Source of the DNA: Ascidiella aspersa
Lineage: Eukaryota
Assembly (NCBI GenBank): GCA_963924565.1
Contig: OZ004607.1
Span: forward strand, 9,176,001-9,240,000
Reading direction: 5' to 3'
DNA: 64,000 nt
Each line of letters begins with the position of its first letter. Positions within the stretch are counted from its first letter, which is position 1. The notes under the pieces were generated by a model. The model was not told the origin of the DNA. It did no database searches and saw only the letters and a program-made list of their open reading frames with translations. The position numbers and the translations under genes are program-made. Positions 15,001 to 26,600 of this stretch are shown piece by piece.

Positions 15001-15194
15001 CATCTTTGGAAAATTTCGACATTTCTATATTTCACCTAAGACCTACTGGGCTATATATTTTTTTAGAATGACAAAATGTCGAAAAACAATATTATAGTCG
15101 AGAAAAATACGCTTGGTCTCTTACCTTTTGTGAATCCTATCATAAGAAACGAGACTATACTGATCAAAATCAATAATATGCGTTGATTGTGCAT
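1..15194 (-). CDS. Multi-domain secreted/extracellular mosaic protein: signal peptide + 5 CTLD + kringle + 2 PCSK9-C-terminal-like Cys modules + pentraxin/LamG; 3'-incomplete (continues off window start)
   Basis: Phase-consistent GT-AG exons on minus strand: 15194-15125 (MHNQRILLILISIVSFLMIGFTK, signal peptide), 14361-14126, 13611-13506, 13197-13018, 11712-11527, 11031-10849, 10487-10299, 9862-9687, 8237-8081, 7758-7510, 6907-6726, 6383-6145, 5677-5452, 4802-4654, 3611-3351, 2388-2257, 1490-1050, 476-215; next acceptor (attttcag) at positions 10-3. Total 3624 nt = 1208 aa. CTLD motifs: AQKVC..DGFLA, VWTG, SFDEAAAIC..GGHLV, WGEGEPSGLGDCV..WSSQPCNSSLPFICQ, LWIGL. Kringle: ECW..TYLG..SETLSGFKCQEWSAHSPHTH..CRAFDG..PFC..FEACNVPRC. 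Pentraxin: ALEFP..SYVTL..LCLWI..GTLMYF..GQWRHVCAV..LLYVDG. Confidence 0.88.
1688..1983. mobile_element. hAT-type MITE
   Basis: Termini caggggttc...gaacccctg; perfect 8-bp TSD ctgtacac on both sides. Confidence 0.8.
2437..2796. mobile_element. hAT-type MITE, 'gacttgacttaagtc' family (reverse orientation relative to the 16291 copy)
   Basis: cagtgtt...acaacactg termini; interior rich in aagtc/aagtcaagtc, like the 16291, 23537 and 33994 copies. Confidence 0.7.
11276..11350. repeat. 38-bp tandem duplication, each unit with a perfect 16-bp palindrome
   Basis: gtgtaggatatcctacaaagtttgacttct(c/t)aaagaa x2; tgtaggatatcctaca is self-complementary. Confidence 0.85.
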
Positions 15195-16290
15195 TTGGAA
15201 TGTGTTTACCAACTTCTATTCTGACAATAAGTTTCGTTTTATTTAGATTGGCACAAGCGTACCTATACGAAATAAAAAAAACGTTTTGACTATACTCGAA
15301 TCTTTGACAATAACTACTTTTTGTCGGTGTACAAAATATAGGTACGTTTCAACAATAAAACAGGCTACCATTTTATTTCCCTAATGAATTATTAATGTGC
15401 CAATTCGCCATTGATAGGTTTAATTGAATACCTCCGCCCATAATAATATTCGTCGTTATACGCGACTGGTAATACAACCAATTTAATGCGAAAAATAAAC
15501 TGTTTAATTAAATTTAAAACCCTCTAAAGAACGATGGGCGAGAAAGTAAACCACATTTTTACCAGCCCCGCTTTCACAGACAATGTTGAACATTCAATAT
15601 TTTTTTGTTAAGCCGCTTGAATGCTAACCTTAAGTAATATTAAAAAACCTAAAATGTCCCATAATTTACACAGCTACAGTCTCGCTGAAAATCTGTTGAA
15701 AAATCAGCAAACGGCTGTTGCACCAATGTTTCTTTTGTAAGCTTGCAGGTGCTTTTAATTCTCGTTAAATAATTTTTTCTAATAAACTATTTTTTTGTGT
15801 TTATATCAGTCTCCGTTTGAAGCAAACTAGGTTTTGTGTAATTATTTAAAATACAAGTTTAAAAAAGTAACAGCATATTATTGAACTTTCTACATAATAA
15901 ATATAAAAACGTTTGCTTTATATAGCTACAGCTGTAAGTCTATATAAAAATATAACATAAATTTATGCAAGCAGCAAAAATAACTAAGAAGCAAAGAGAT
16001 ATGCTGCCGCTTTGGATTAGGAAATAGTTTCTGTTGTTTTAAAAGGGACGCGGTTGTCTTGAAAACCGCTGCAGCAGTTTTGACGAATTCGCTTGTTTGC
16101 GTAAAATGTACATCGTTTTGGGACTTTTTAATGTTGCTTTTAAACACTTAACCCAAATTATTATTTGATGGCTACCAGAAAAAATTTATTGTTGTTTTAG
16201 TATCAACCAACAATCACTCTTGTGTAATCATTAGAAGAGGCTATTTACCGAACAACAAAGTCATTAGATCGATATATATTTACTGATTGG

Positions 16291-16846
16291 CAGTGTTGTA
16301 ATAACTTAAGTCAATGACTTGACTTAAGTCACTGTTTTCAAATGACTTGACTTGACTTAAGTCATTTGGGCAAAATGACTTGACTTGACTTAAGTCATTT
16401 GGGCAAAATGACTTGACTTGACTTAAGTCATTCGGGCAAATGACTTGACTTGACTTAAGTCTTTTGGGCAAATTACTTAGGTTGAATTAAAGTGCTTTCT
16501 GTAAGTCTTTTTTTAATAAAATTGAGCTATTTATCCAAATGTTTGCACATAAAACAATTTGTTTGCTATAAGTTGCGTTTTTCTCATTTTTTAGTTCAGT
16601 TATTGCTCATAATCGTACGAGATTAAAAATTCCAATAGTTCAACGTTTTATTTTTACGACAAGGACGTGACTTGAAGTTGACTTGCTCTAATTATGACTT
16701 GACTGGGACTTGACTTGCGCAACCGATAAATTGGACTGGGACTTGACTTGTTATTTATTCAAAAAGACTTGACTTGGACTTAAGTTATTTTACAAATAAC
16801 TTGACTGGGACTTAAGTCATTTCAAAATGACTTGTTTACAACACTG
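16291..16846. mobile_element. hAT-type MITE, 'gacttgacttaagtc' family, with internal 33-bp tandem array
   Basis: 11-bp TIR cagtgttgtaa/ttacaacactg; perfect 8-bp TSD ctgattgg; ~4 copies of aaatgacttgacttgacttaagtcatt(t/c)gggca at ~16340-16470. Confidence 0.9.
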
Positions 16847-16870
16847 CTGATTGGTGTACTGTAAACTTAC

Positions 16871-17629
16871 CTGAGCGAGTTGGGCAAATGTCCAATAGGT
16901 AATTACAGAGGATTTGAAATGGATTAGTGAATAAATATTAGAAATAATGTAAAACTCGATGATATGGGCAAATAGCAGACCGTATGTCCGATTGCATTCC
17001 AGTGCTTTCCTGACTAAGATCTTTGATGTTAAATGCTTGCAAAAAATGGAAATATCGCCGGCCTAATAAGTTTACCCCAAAAAAATTGTCCTATTTTGGC
17101 GTAGGATTTAAGCCGAAAAAATTTTGGCGCAAATATTTGGCTGCCACAAATTATGGAATGTAATCAGAAGTTGGTGATTATTTTATATTTTTCATCGTTT
17201 TCAGTACTGCACTAATTTTAGATATAATTTTTTTTTTACAGTCGACCAAGGTTTATAAGTAATTTAATACATACTTATAATTTAGGTCTCGCTCAATATT
17301 GAGTTTTTAATCTAGGTCAGGGTTTCTTAACCGTGGCCCTCCGACCCCCCTGGGGGCCACGGAGCAGTGTTTGGGGGGCCACGGGCATAATCCTCAAAGT
17401 GTCACTAGTAACAAAATTTACCAGTTAACCTAATTTTGTTTTTAATAGTTGAGAGCCTTTCAAAGGGGGCAACGAAGCATAAAAGGTTGAGAACCACTGA
17501 TCTAGGTGGTGCCAGTTGTCCGTTTATTAATTCAGCAACACAACATGTTGACTAAATCCTTTATATTACGAAAGTTATTAACCATGTACACTTTGTTTTA
17601 AGAGAATGTTATTAAAATTGTAAAGCATC
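16871..17629. promoter_or_regulatory. Candidate divergent (head-to-head) promoter region for the lectin-mosaic gene and CEP290
   Basis: Minus-strand donor ctcag|gtaagt at 16871/16870 pairs with acceptor atttcgtatag| at 15262, suggesting a 5'UTR exon for gene 1. CEP290 ATG is at 17630. E2F-like tttggcgc at 17123-17130. TSSs are inferred only. Confidence 0.35.
17318..17499. mobile_element. hAT-type MITE 130 bp upstream of the CEP290 ATG
   Basis: Termini cagggtttcttaacc/ggttgagaaccactg; perfect 8-bp TSD atctaggt. Confidence 0.85.
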
Positions 17630-20600
17630 ATGCCACCCAACGTTAATTGGGATATAATCGATTCGGTGGTGAAAGGAGGATCAAAGACAGAAGATGAGGA
17701 ATTTATGGAAGAAGCATTTACACAACTGAGAGATGTTGATGGCTCAAAATTTAAGGATGATCCACAAAAGCTACTTCTGCTGTTTGAATCGGCTAAGGCC
17801 ATTATGGATGTATGTACACACATCTTAGTTTTTTAAAGGTTATGTGCAACAACCATATTGTACTTATCAATTTTCTTATCAATTTAAATAAATATTTAGT
17901 GATGTCCTGTCTGCATTTTATGACACTTTTCACTATATTTAATGTGTAGCTCTAAATTGTCAGGTGCAATTAATTTTTTTCAGGCTGATGTGTTAAAGGG
18001 GAATATAAATTCAGGTGTACACAAAAATTTACAAAAGGAAATTAGGTAAACATTTGTCACAGAATGCAATCTGGAGTGATGAACGAGAAGCCCCAATCAA
18101 AACTCAATTTTTGGCTTGTGATATACTTTTTACAAAATTAACTTTAAACTTTATAGCAAAATCCAAATTATAATAATTTGCCCAAACCTATGGAATGAAG
18201 AGAGCAATGGTGTAATAATTAATGACTATATGAAGTATTTATTACAAAAGATCTTCATTTGTGTGCTGTTTGATCTGCACAAAACTTGTTGTTTTTGGAT
18301 GCCAATTTACCCCCAACCCAGTATAATGGGTTTATTCTAGGACTGCAGATTTAGTTAAAAATAACCACTCTGTCACAAATTTAATTATTGTAACCCTTTG
18401 AAGCGTAACTAACGAGCGAATCGGACGCATTTTGAGCACAGTTTGCAATCTCGGTGGTTAGAGACAAGCTGAAGCCTTATGCGATTACTTGGTGTGCAAT
18501 GGTTTGCCTTATACTGATTGTCGTTCTGTCCAATAAACGTCTTGCTTGAGAAAGTAAAGTCATTCCTATCCTTAGCAGCTACTTTGGGGATCGTTTCCCG
18601 ATCTAGTCTGTGACACACTCCAGGCAAAAGTTGATATTTTTTAGCAATCCGCTCATAGGGGTGTCATTTCACTCATCCACTCACAATAGATAATTGAAAA
18701 ACATTTTACTCTATTCTAATCCATTTTTACAATTTACAGTTTGTGGCCTTATCAGTTTTATTTGACTCTAGTAATCTACTTAGTCTCACTTCAGCAAAAT
18801 TAAACAACTATATCAAGTCCCGAGAAGTTTGCTAATTATAGACATTAAACCAGTAAAATACAATTATCTTGTTGTGATCTCTAATTTTTGTTCTAATCAA
18901 ACCTGTTTTAGTACCGAGAGAAAACTGTGGATGCTCTCATGCAAGAACAAGCTGACATTCTTGACGACAAAGAAGCTGAAATCCAACATTTAACCAAGGA
19001 ACTAGATGGAGAAAGGGTAAATTGTGTAATTTACCCATTGGTTATATCGCATAAAACTGCTTTTTTGAAAAAAAGTTACATTTAGACCCTTTCTGTTTTA
19101 TAAGAATTTTTATTTTTCATAAGTGTGAAAAATAACAAGTTTCCCTTGAAAACTTTTGTAGCGATTTGGTGCCAGTGGAAGTCTTCCACAGGACGCTGAG
19201 TCATATCGAGCAGAAAATCGCCGACTCATGCAAAACGTGGAAATCCTTCAAGAAAACTTGGAAAACATAAAGCAGGAGCTAAGCGAAATAACTGCGGAAA
19301 AAAATGATCTAGATCAAGAACTGGACAAAGAAAGAAAACTAAGCAAAGATCTAAAAATTGAGGTACCATGCCTAAAAATATTATTTAACTATGAATGGTA
19401 ACTTAACACCAGGGGCGTGCAACCTTTCATACTGCCGGGCCAAATATGTGTATTCGGATTAGACCACGGGCCACTTGCATATCTCGTCGTCTACCTGTTA
19501 GTGCAGTGGTCGACAAACGTTTTGTTGCGGCCCAAAGTAGTCTTTTCAGAGCTACTTGAAGGCCCACTACGTAAAACTACAACGAAAACTGAGGCGGATT
19601 CAGGAGGATATTTGGTTTTAGGGTGAAATATTCTACATATACACGCGAAGCGCAAAACATTTGCGTATACATAGAGTTGAAGTTGGCAAAAAATATAGTT
19701 TTACATGCTCACAAGACCACATTTGGCACGTGGGTCTTTCCAAGCTGAGCCAATTTAAAACATTATATGCCACACCAATTGTTAAAATAAAGTCCAATGA
19801 ATGTACGGCTGTCATGCGGCCAACAACTACGGTACATGATAACACCAAGCTATTCAAAAATAAATTGTGGTCCACAGTTGGCCTACCACTGTGTTAGTGA
19901 CTACCATAAAAAAAATTGCTCACACACGTACGTTACCGAACAATGCCACCTTAAAAGCGACTAATTTTCTCAGCTGTGCAAACTTATTTAGATCGAGATG
20001 TTCGCCGTAAAAAACTACTTTTTTGCTGCGCTGCGCAGAGAAATTTGTTTCTTTTTTTTACAACTCACATGAACATTGAAATTGAATATAAAACAATTAC
20101 ATTTCAAATGAGCGAAAAAGATCAAACGGACATTTTTAATAAGCTTTTTTTACATGGTCATAAGTAGCTATTCGAAAGCAAGAACAAAAAAATTGCAGCG
20201 CTCAGTGCAATTCACTTTCACACAAAGTTGTTTTTCACAAAAGTAAATTTACATGCTATATAAGGCGACCTAGACTAAGGAACAGTCAGGAAGTTTCAAT
20301 ATTTTAACAGTTACCTGAATGTTTAGTGGTGCGGGCCAAAAGACCAAAGCACACTGCGGGCCACATATTTTGGTTCCGCGGGCCGCAGGTTGCACGCCCC
20401 TGACTTAAACGAATAAATTATAACAAGTTCAACTTTATAAGAAAAAAGGTGTTCATCCATTAAATTAATGCCTGCTTTACTAAAGAATATTAAAGTCAAA
20501 GTTTTCAATTTTGAAAAACGCATACTTATTTTCAATAATATTAAGAGGAATTATATGGTTTTATCAAATCACAAATAATACCCTAATAGTCTGATGTAGG

Positions 20601-23600
20601 TGAAAAGCCTGTAGGTTAAAGATAAAATGATGCTATTTCATCTATTTTACTTAAAAATATATATTTCTGTAGCTAGTTTTCTTTTACTTGATGTATATAT
20701 AGTTGTCCCAATTTATAACTAGCTGTTGCGGTTCAAATCCCGGCTTTACTACTTTTGCTACATATAGTTTTCCTTGCACTGATTGTAATTACAAAAATGT
20801 TGGGTTGCAACTGAAAGAAAGCAATTTATTTAAACCAGGGAAGTAAACATTTCCGTACCAATACATACTGCAATACTGCATAGGTTATAAAAACGCCTAA
20901 ATTGCAGGAATAAATTTTTTTTGTGAAATCTATAGTTATATTCATATAATTTTGGTGCAAATTTTATGAACAAAAAAAGTAGTCAAAAAAATTAGTGTCA
21001 ACAGTCATTTGCTCGCAACTTTTTTGCTTATAGGTAAAAGAGATCCGTCAAGAGGTGAGAGATTACCGAAGCATCATCGATGACCACCAGCAGCAAAAGT
21101 TCTCTGCAAAGGGACAGGAAAACACAGAAACCCGCGAAAAAATGATGGAGAAGAATGCACAAATATCCGATCTGCTCACTCAAATTACGGTAACAAACGG
21201 CTTGTTTTGTGACTTCCTTTGAACTCATGTTTATTTAATTTACTTAAATTACGATCAAAATCGGTTCGTTTTATGACTTCTTTAAAGCTTAAGGTAATTT
21301 GATTTACTCAAATATATAAAAAACAGTTGATTTTATCTATTCTTTAAATTCAAGTTTTAAAAATGAACCCAAATTACAATAATAAACATTTTTTTTTAAT
21401 TCTTTTCTAAATGCAACTTGAACAATCATATGTCCTTGTCTTAAACTATTTAGGATTATGTTTTACATGGTAACACCTATAAGCAAAACCAAATTTAATT
21501 ACATTTGACAGTACCTATTTCATGCAAAAATATAGTAATAAATATGTTAGTAAAATTTTTTTGCAATCATCATTTTATGTTAGTTACCATGACTTACAAT
21601 TAAATATATCCATTTTAGATAAGAGCAGTATTGAAATAGAATAACTTTGTCCACAATATATAATAAATTGGAAAAAAACAAACCGTGTCTTTTAGAAACT
21701 GGAGGAGAGGAACCGTGAACTGGAGGAGGAGAAGCGCAACATCCAACAGATGATGGACAGCGGTCAGCAGGACATGGAAAAGATGGTGGATGAATATGAG
21801 AAAATGAAGAAACTTGTCGGAGTGTCGGATCATTTCACCGACGACCTGCATCGGCAAAATGCCCAGTTCAAAATGCAGGTCAGGTCCACACTTGTGTTAT
21901 GAATATCTTAACATCATTCACCTGGCCTTCTACCAAAACTATCTTAACCCGAAGTTGCAATGCTAACTAATTGGTCTATGTTTATTAAGCAACAGTTTTA
22001 GGATGAATCTCAGCTATTTATTTGAACCAAAACGTTTCTCAAACGGTTTAGCAACAAGTTTGTTTGACAATAACCAGAACTTTTAAATTGATCCCAACCT
22101 ATGCAGGAACAGAACAGTTTTCTGAAAAAATTCCAGCAAAGAATAATGCTTTGACCAGGGCTGCGGAGTCGATTAAAAATACCCCGAATCCGACTCTGGT
22201 CAATTGTGCGATTTTGACGAGTCCCAAGTCTGGTCCCGACTCTACAGCCTGTATTCCGCCTATTTACGTAACTAAAATAGCGTGGACACTCAGTAATCCA
22301 CTTACAGGGATGTCGTATAATTTATTCACTTACAATGCGTGGTTGGAAAATTTTCACCATGTGCTATTCCACCTTTACAATTTCCAGTTGGCGGACAAAT
22401 TAGTTTAAAAATTTGGTACTGCGCATGCACATGTCGGACCCTCGGGTAGTTTTACGTGGTCTTACTCGAGTCCCAAGTCCAACTCCAGCAAATCAAACAG
22501 ACTCCTTGAGTCTCAAGTCCGACTCTGCAGCACTGGATGAAGGTTAGCTATTCAATTCAACCCGAAACTTTTGCAATGACTTTGGTTTGACAATAACCAG
22601 AACTTTTAAATTGATCCCAACATATGCAGGAACGTGGAACACAAACTTAAACAGAAAAGACTAATGCTTCGACCTACTTTTAAGTCGAATAAAATCTAAA
22701 GAGAAATACTCAACATCCAGGTGGCCGACTTCCAAGATCAGCTGCGCAGCAAGGCTGAAGAAGAGGACTCGATCGCGAACGCGGTGAATGAGAAGGTGGA
22801 GGAGTGGAGACGGAGGTTGCAGGAGCAAGATAAAGATGTTGCCGACAAGGCGCGCACCATCGCCGTCCTTCGAGAGAAGATCGCAGCCGCTTCGCTGGAT
22901 CGTGACAGGATCAACGTGGAGCGATTGACAAAGGTGTGAGAGTTTGTTAAAAGCATAGCTGCTTCACTCATTTTTTTAACCCAATGGTTCCCAACATTTT
23001 GGAATCTCTAAGTGCCAGTAGTTTTGAAAAACGGAATCCTGGTTCGGAACCTCTGATTTTTAACCCATTGGACAAACAAAATAATTACATGATGCAAACC
23101 ATTGTTAAGAAACCTGTGTTTATTCCTGGCAATAATGTTTATTCTAGGCAATCTGGGTCAACCTTTCTAGGCTATAAAGGCGTATATTTTTTCTCTCTTT
23201 TTCAATAGAGTAAAATCTGGAATTACGTTTTTAATTCATTCAATCCGAAACATCGGGTATCTGTGTATGAACGAAATACGGTGCATTAGCCATATTGATG
23301 TGTACTTTTATCGTATGTAAGAAGGCCTAGTTTTCCAAGGACTACTTACGGATTCATAAAGTAAAAATACTGATACACGTGCTGTATGCTTTTTTATTTT
23401 ACTTAAAATTTACTACATGTTTTATCTCGGTGTTCTATACCATCAGTTTACCTGTAGTGCTTACTGTAACTTGACTGTAATTATGTTAACTACAGTGTGG
23501 TGTTAAGCAAATATTGTACCAGTATATGGTACAGGACAGTGTTTTAATGAATTGACTTAAGTGCGCTTAAGTCACTGTTTGTAAATGACTTAACTTGACT

Positions 23601-26600
23601 TCATTATTTTGCCCAAACTTGACTTGGACTTAAGTAATCGAGTGAATGACTTGAGTCGAAATTTTGGGAATGACTTGAATTGAAAAAATGTTTTGTTTTG
23701 TAAAATTCGACTATTTATCTCAATTTTTTTTTAAATAGTTGGTATTATATATGTTGTTTTTGGTTAAATTATTGTTTATAACAGTCGGCTAAGTTTACCA
23801 ATGTTATGAGTTTATCGTTTTATTTTTATATCATTGAATTGACTTGGAGTTTTGACTACTTTAACAAATGATTCGACTTGGGCAACTGATGACTTGGACT
23901 AGGACTTAACAACCTGACTTAGACTTTAGTTATTTCACAAATTACATGAATTTGGGACTTGGGTCATTTCAAAATGACTTGTTTATAACACTGGTACAGA
24001 ATACTAACGAACTTATTGCAAACATGTAGAAAGTGGAAGAAAGAGACGACCAGATCAAAGCCTTGCAGGAGGGACTAAACCAAGCCGTCAACGATCTGGA
24101 AGAACAAACCGCCATTGTACAAGATCTCAGGCGGGATAAGGGGACAAATAGAGAAACTCTTGCCTACAAATCGCAGATCAGGGAACTGCAGGTAACACTT
24201 TTTACAAGATCCAGGTTGTTTTTATAGACCGAAAAAAAAAAACAGGTGCGATAAAACCAGAAAAAAATTGTATTTCGGTAAATTATTTTCAAACTAAAAA
24301 CAATTCTATTGTTGGGATGAGCAGTGGTTATCATTTTTTTAGTATTGTACGACCTATATATTGTGTCGTTTTTGCTGACCCATACAACTTGATTTTAGAA
24401 AAAACAGTTTAATAAAATGTAGTTAACTCCTTAATATATAAATGTAGTTAAATCCTTAAATCATCTCGATAAGGACGTTTGTATACGAGCTTGTACCATC
24501 TTCAGTTAATGTATCAAGGCGATACAAGCTCGTGTCGAAACGTCTTAATCAAGCTGATGTCGATCTACTCGACATTTTTGGCTTTGTAATTCATTATCAA
24601 GCTACATTACAGATCCGTGCATAGTGTACAGTGCCCTAAAATAAATATCACATGAACTCTTCATAAGTGCTTGTCGCTAATTTTATATTCTATATCTATT
24701 TAATATGCCGAAAAAATATTTGTACTCACGGCAACCGCAGTGTAATTTCACCCACTGCATTTTTTTGGAACTCTGCCTGATACCCAGAACTGCTTATCCA
24801 CTGCTAGGTTTTGGGACTTATGTAATACAGTAACCTCTAAAACACAAAATGCTATACAGTTCCAATATGGCGCTTTTTAAGATTTGCTTGTTTTTTGCCT
24901 TTATCATCAAAAACCATTTGGGACGATAGAATTTTCATTCTTTGATCCCCAATCGACAAAAATAGTTTTAAACGACACATTTCATGAGTCACCTGCTCTA
25001 CTCCTGCTACAGTATTCCGTAGTCTCTTCTAAGTTAAAACAACAACAGTTTAAAACCTATATCAAATTACAGAATGAAGTCCAAAAGCAGCAGTCGTCGG
25101 TTCGAGACGCCGAGAACCTTCGAACAAATGCCGAGAACGAAGCAGTTAATAACGACGCCAAGCTAACCGAGGCCCTTAAGCGCATATCCAAGCTGGAATC
25201 AGGGCAGTACGGGCTCACAGAAGCTGTCAACGAGATCAAAGGTAACTTTACTACCGGGACTCGTTAAAATCGACGGTATCGGTCTGTGGTTTCTAACCTT
25301 GCGGTGTACTGGTCTCTTAGGTGTACACTGATAAAGACTTCAGTATCGGATCGGATCCATTAGTTTTCATACTGGTCTCTTAGGTACTTAGAGTTCTCTT
25401 AGGTACGAAGAGTTTCATTAGACTTTTGAGCTTCTTTTAACTTTCAAATGTTGCCAAATTAGTAAGCTTCCTGATGTAACTGTTGGAGTACGACTAAAGA
25501 ATAAGAAATATTCCCCTGTATCCGCAACATTTAAAATATTTTTGTTTCGATTTTGTTTTTTTGTGAAGCTTTCCAGTTGCCCCTTAGCAAAAATGCTAGT
25601 ATGTGTATCGAAAAAACAAAGGTTGCACAGGTGAATGCCACTTTTAAGAAATATATGCATTCCTTTCTAAAGTTTTTTAAGTTTTCAATTCTATTATTAC
25701 TTATGTTTTAAACGTTCTTTAATATGTATTTAGTGCCAGGTAGCAATCGTAAAAATCAATGCGTCAAATTGTTCGAACCGGCAAATTACTGAAATTATTT
25801 TTTCATTTTCTTTTCACCAGAATGCAAGGAACAAATCCGCACGAGGGAGCAAAAGATTCAGGATCTGACGAAACACATCAACCTTGTTGAGGAGAAGCTA
25901 AACGATGTAAGTTGATAGACGAAAAATTGCGCTTTATTTCGTTTAGTACAAGTTTTGCTTAACCCCTAATTGAAGTAACTTTGCCCAACGGCGTTTAAAT
26001 CGGTTTAATTCCAAAAGAGGACCTGCCTTAGGAAGCAAATTGCGCACTACGAAAACCCTTTGCGAATAACTTTGTTTTAGTCATATTCACATCAAATTAT
26101 TTCTGTCATCGTTCAAATAAATTGTTGATTCAACTTATTTTTAAAATGTTAATAATGTAATATAAATAAAAAAAGGTAAACAAATTCTCTATGAACCCAT
26201 TTGAAACAAAATAATTTGTTCAGGATGTTTTTTTTAAACTTAACGAGACTTCATAACCAATTAATAAAAATTGAATGATAAAACGAGGGTTAATTTAAGG
26301 AAAAAGTCACCCAAAATTTTATTTACAAGTGTACAAAACAAGCAAGACAATTTCGTTTTGATGTATTTTATAAAGAGTTACTTATTTTAATAGCTCATTT
26401 TTTGTGCTTTTTGAGGTTAAAACACTTTTAGGTTTTTTTTTATCTAATCTTGATAGCAAATCCTAATGCGCAAATGATCTGGTGATGCTTAGAGGAAGAA
26501 ATAAAGAAAACCCAAATATCTTCTTCTTCATTAACAGCTCCTGGAGGAAAACGAGGACTACCGGGACCGTCTGGGAGTCGCTCCTCGGAACCTGGAGGAC

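Noticed and set aside
16280-16471. Repetitive ORF (CPNDLSQVKSF)n / CRISPR-like periodicity
   Set aside because: It is a 33-bp tandem array inside a TIR/TSD-bounded MITE, with no unique spacers, no cas genes and a eukaryotic context.
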